Source: an uncultured virus (IMG/VR IMGVR_UViG_3300042922_000886) (taxonomy: Duplodnaviria; Heunggongvirae; Uroviricota; Caudoviricetes). From it: 59,816 bases of DNA. The stretch covers positions 62,001-121,816 of IMG/VR virus record IMGVR_UViG_3300042922_000886, one strand, 5' to 3'. Position numbers and translations under genes: made by a program. The notes under the pieces were generated by a model. It saw nothing but the letters and a program-made list of their open reading frames with translations, searched no databases and was not told the DNA's origin. Positions 59,026 through 59,816 of the stretch are shown piece by piece; the stretch's first letter is position 1; every line of letters begins with the position of its first letter.

Positions 59026-59288
59026 TTAAATTGACATATTTTGAAGGTGACGCGCTGTATATTGCGCCAGATCGAATTATCGCCGTTTATGATGATATTT
59101 CCGCGACAACGATAAGTTGCGGTGGAGAACTTTTCAGCGTGGAAGAAAAGCCAGAAGAAGTAGTACGCAAGATCATGGATTACAAACTGGCTATGATTGA
59201 ATACCGTTCGAAATTCCAAAACAATAAATCTGTTGCTGACATATTGTGGGTAATGAATAAACTGGCCGGATTGGAGCAGACCCCATGA
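59022..59288 (+). CDS. FlbD-like family protein
   Basis: MIKLT...LYIAPDRI...TTI...FSVEEKPEEVVRKIMDYK. Confidence 0.7.
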   Translation: MIKLTYFEGDALYIAPDRIIAVYDDISATTISCGGELFSVEEKPEEVVRKIMDYKLAMIEYRSKFQNNKSVADILWVMNKLAGLEQTP

Positions 59289-59689
59289 TAGTACGAATCA
59301 CATTTGGCGACCGAGTAATGATGTTTGGAGATAGCTATAAGCCGTGGCACATGCAGATGGACGAATATATGCGGCGATGTGCAGAAGGATTGCCAAGACC
59401 GGAAAGGGTTGAAGTATCAAAATCAAAGTGGATCGGGTGGGGTGGCTTAAAGTGGTGTTCATCGGATAACTTTCAGCATGAGTTGAACCGTGAAGGGTGC
59501 CAAGAAAGCGATCCAGACAATTCTCGGCCACGTAAATACGCTGATATGGAGTTTGCTCCGGCAAAAGGAAAGGTGTTGGGGAAAGTATACGATGCATGGG
59601 AGTCTGGTCAGCGATTGATGAAAATCGGGAAATTAAATGATGAAGAATATAGGTTGTATCAGCGCGGAGAATTGAAAATAACTGTCTAG
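59285..59689 (+). CDS. Hypothetical phage protein
   Basis: SKWIGWGGLKWC...LNREG motif; ATGA overlap. Confidence 0.7.
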   Translation: MIVRITFGDRVMMFGDSYKPWHMQMDEYMRRCAEGLPRPERVEVSKSKWIGWGGLKWCSSDNFQHELNREGCQESDPDNSRPRKYADMEFAPAKGKVLGKVYDAWESGQRLMKIGKLNDEEYRLYQRGELKITV

Positions 59690-59816
59690 GCCCAATAGGG
59701 GATAAAGGGAGAGAAAATGAATGGCTAAATATGTGTTTTTTGCATCGACTGGGTATGTTGGATCAAGCCGTGAAGAAACTGTAGAAATTCCGGACGAGGA
59801 ACTTGAGGGCATGTCT

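Larger units (their letters stand above)
56575..59290 (+). repeat. Second junction motif (CA)AGGGGAGGATACCC(A)ATG linking consecutive genes
   Basis: Copies near 56750, 56975, 57170, 57364, 57555, 57867, 58123, 58401 and 58744; yields QGEDTQ/GEDTR-type C-termini. Confidence 0.75.
1..59816 (+). mobile_element. Internal segment of a large SPbeta-like temperate phage/prophage (early, lysogeny-control and replication regions)
   Basis: Dense co-oriented small ORFs; YopQ/YopR-like, YorF/G/H/I/J/M/R-like, YopX and YolD-like proteins; HNH endonucleases; MTases; no host housekeeping operons. Confidence 0.85.

Noticed and set aside
89..59597. Most minus-strand and alternate-frame ORFs in the track (e.g. 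89..406, 5913..6371, 6358..6900, 30965..31372, 52954..53394, 58824..59219)
   Set aside because: They are shadows of better + strand genes, lack RBSs and show no recognisable motifs.
1..59816. tRNA, rRNA or riboswitch genes
   Set aside because: No cloverleaf/T-loop or other recognisable structured-RNA signatures were seen in the intergenic gaps; a covariance-model scan was not possible.

Overview
The window is a ~60 kb, AT-rich, almost entirely + strand stretch of a large SPbeta-like (pro)phage from a Bacillota host, most plausibly Paenibacillaceae (inferred from protein families and Bacillus-type RBS/SOS boxes). It covers the early/accessory, lysogeny-control and replication regions. No structural genes, tRNAs or CRISPR arrays were seen. 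Recognisable core: a DndB/ParB-like gene plus a catalytically degenerate tyrosine-recombinase-fold gene (resembling the SPbeta yopQ-yopR/mrpR repressor pair), two SSB-like genes, an AAA ATPase, a 3D-domain protein, dTMP kinase, two DNA methyltransferases, a DnaB-like helicase and a primase. Also present are well over 100 small hypothetical genes, four HNH-type endonucleases, a secreted metalloprotease moron, two LexA boxes and a truncated IS1634-like element. Three things stand out. (1) A kinase-less Agr-like peptide signalling operon (membrane sensor domain, AgrB, an unannotated 41-aa AgrD, stand-alone LytTR) sits directly behind the putative master repressor and is a candidate non-arbitrium phage communication system. 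(2) An 18-bp palindrome ATRAAA-N6-TTTYAT occurs at over 50 accessory gene junctions but not inside core operons, resembling a recombinase-site-bounded gene cassette array. (3) Several key genes appear to need non-canonical ATC/ATT/ATA start codons. All family assignments come from motif recognition by eye, not database searches.
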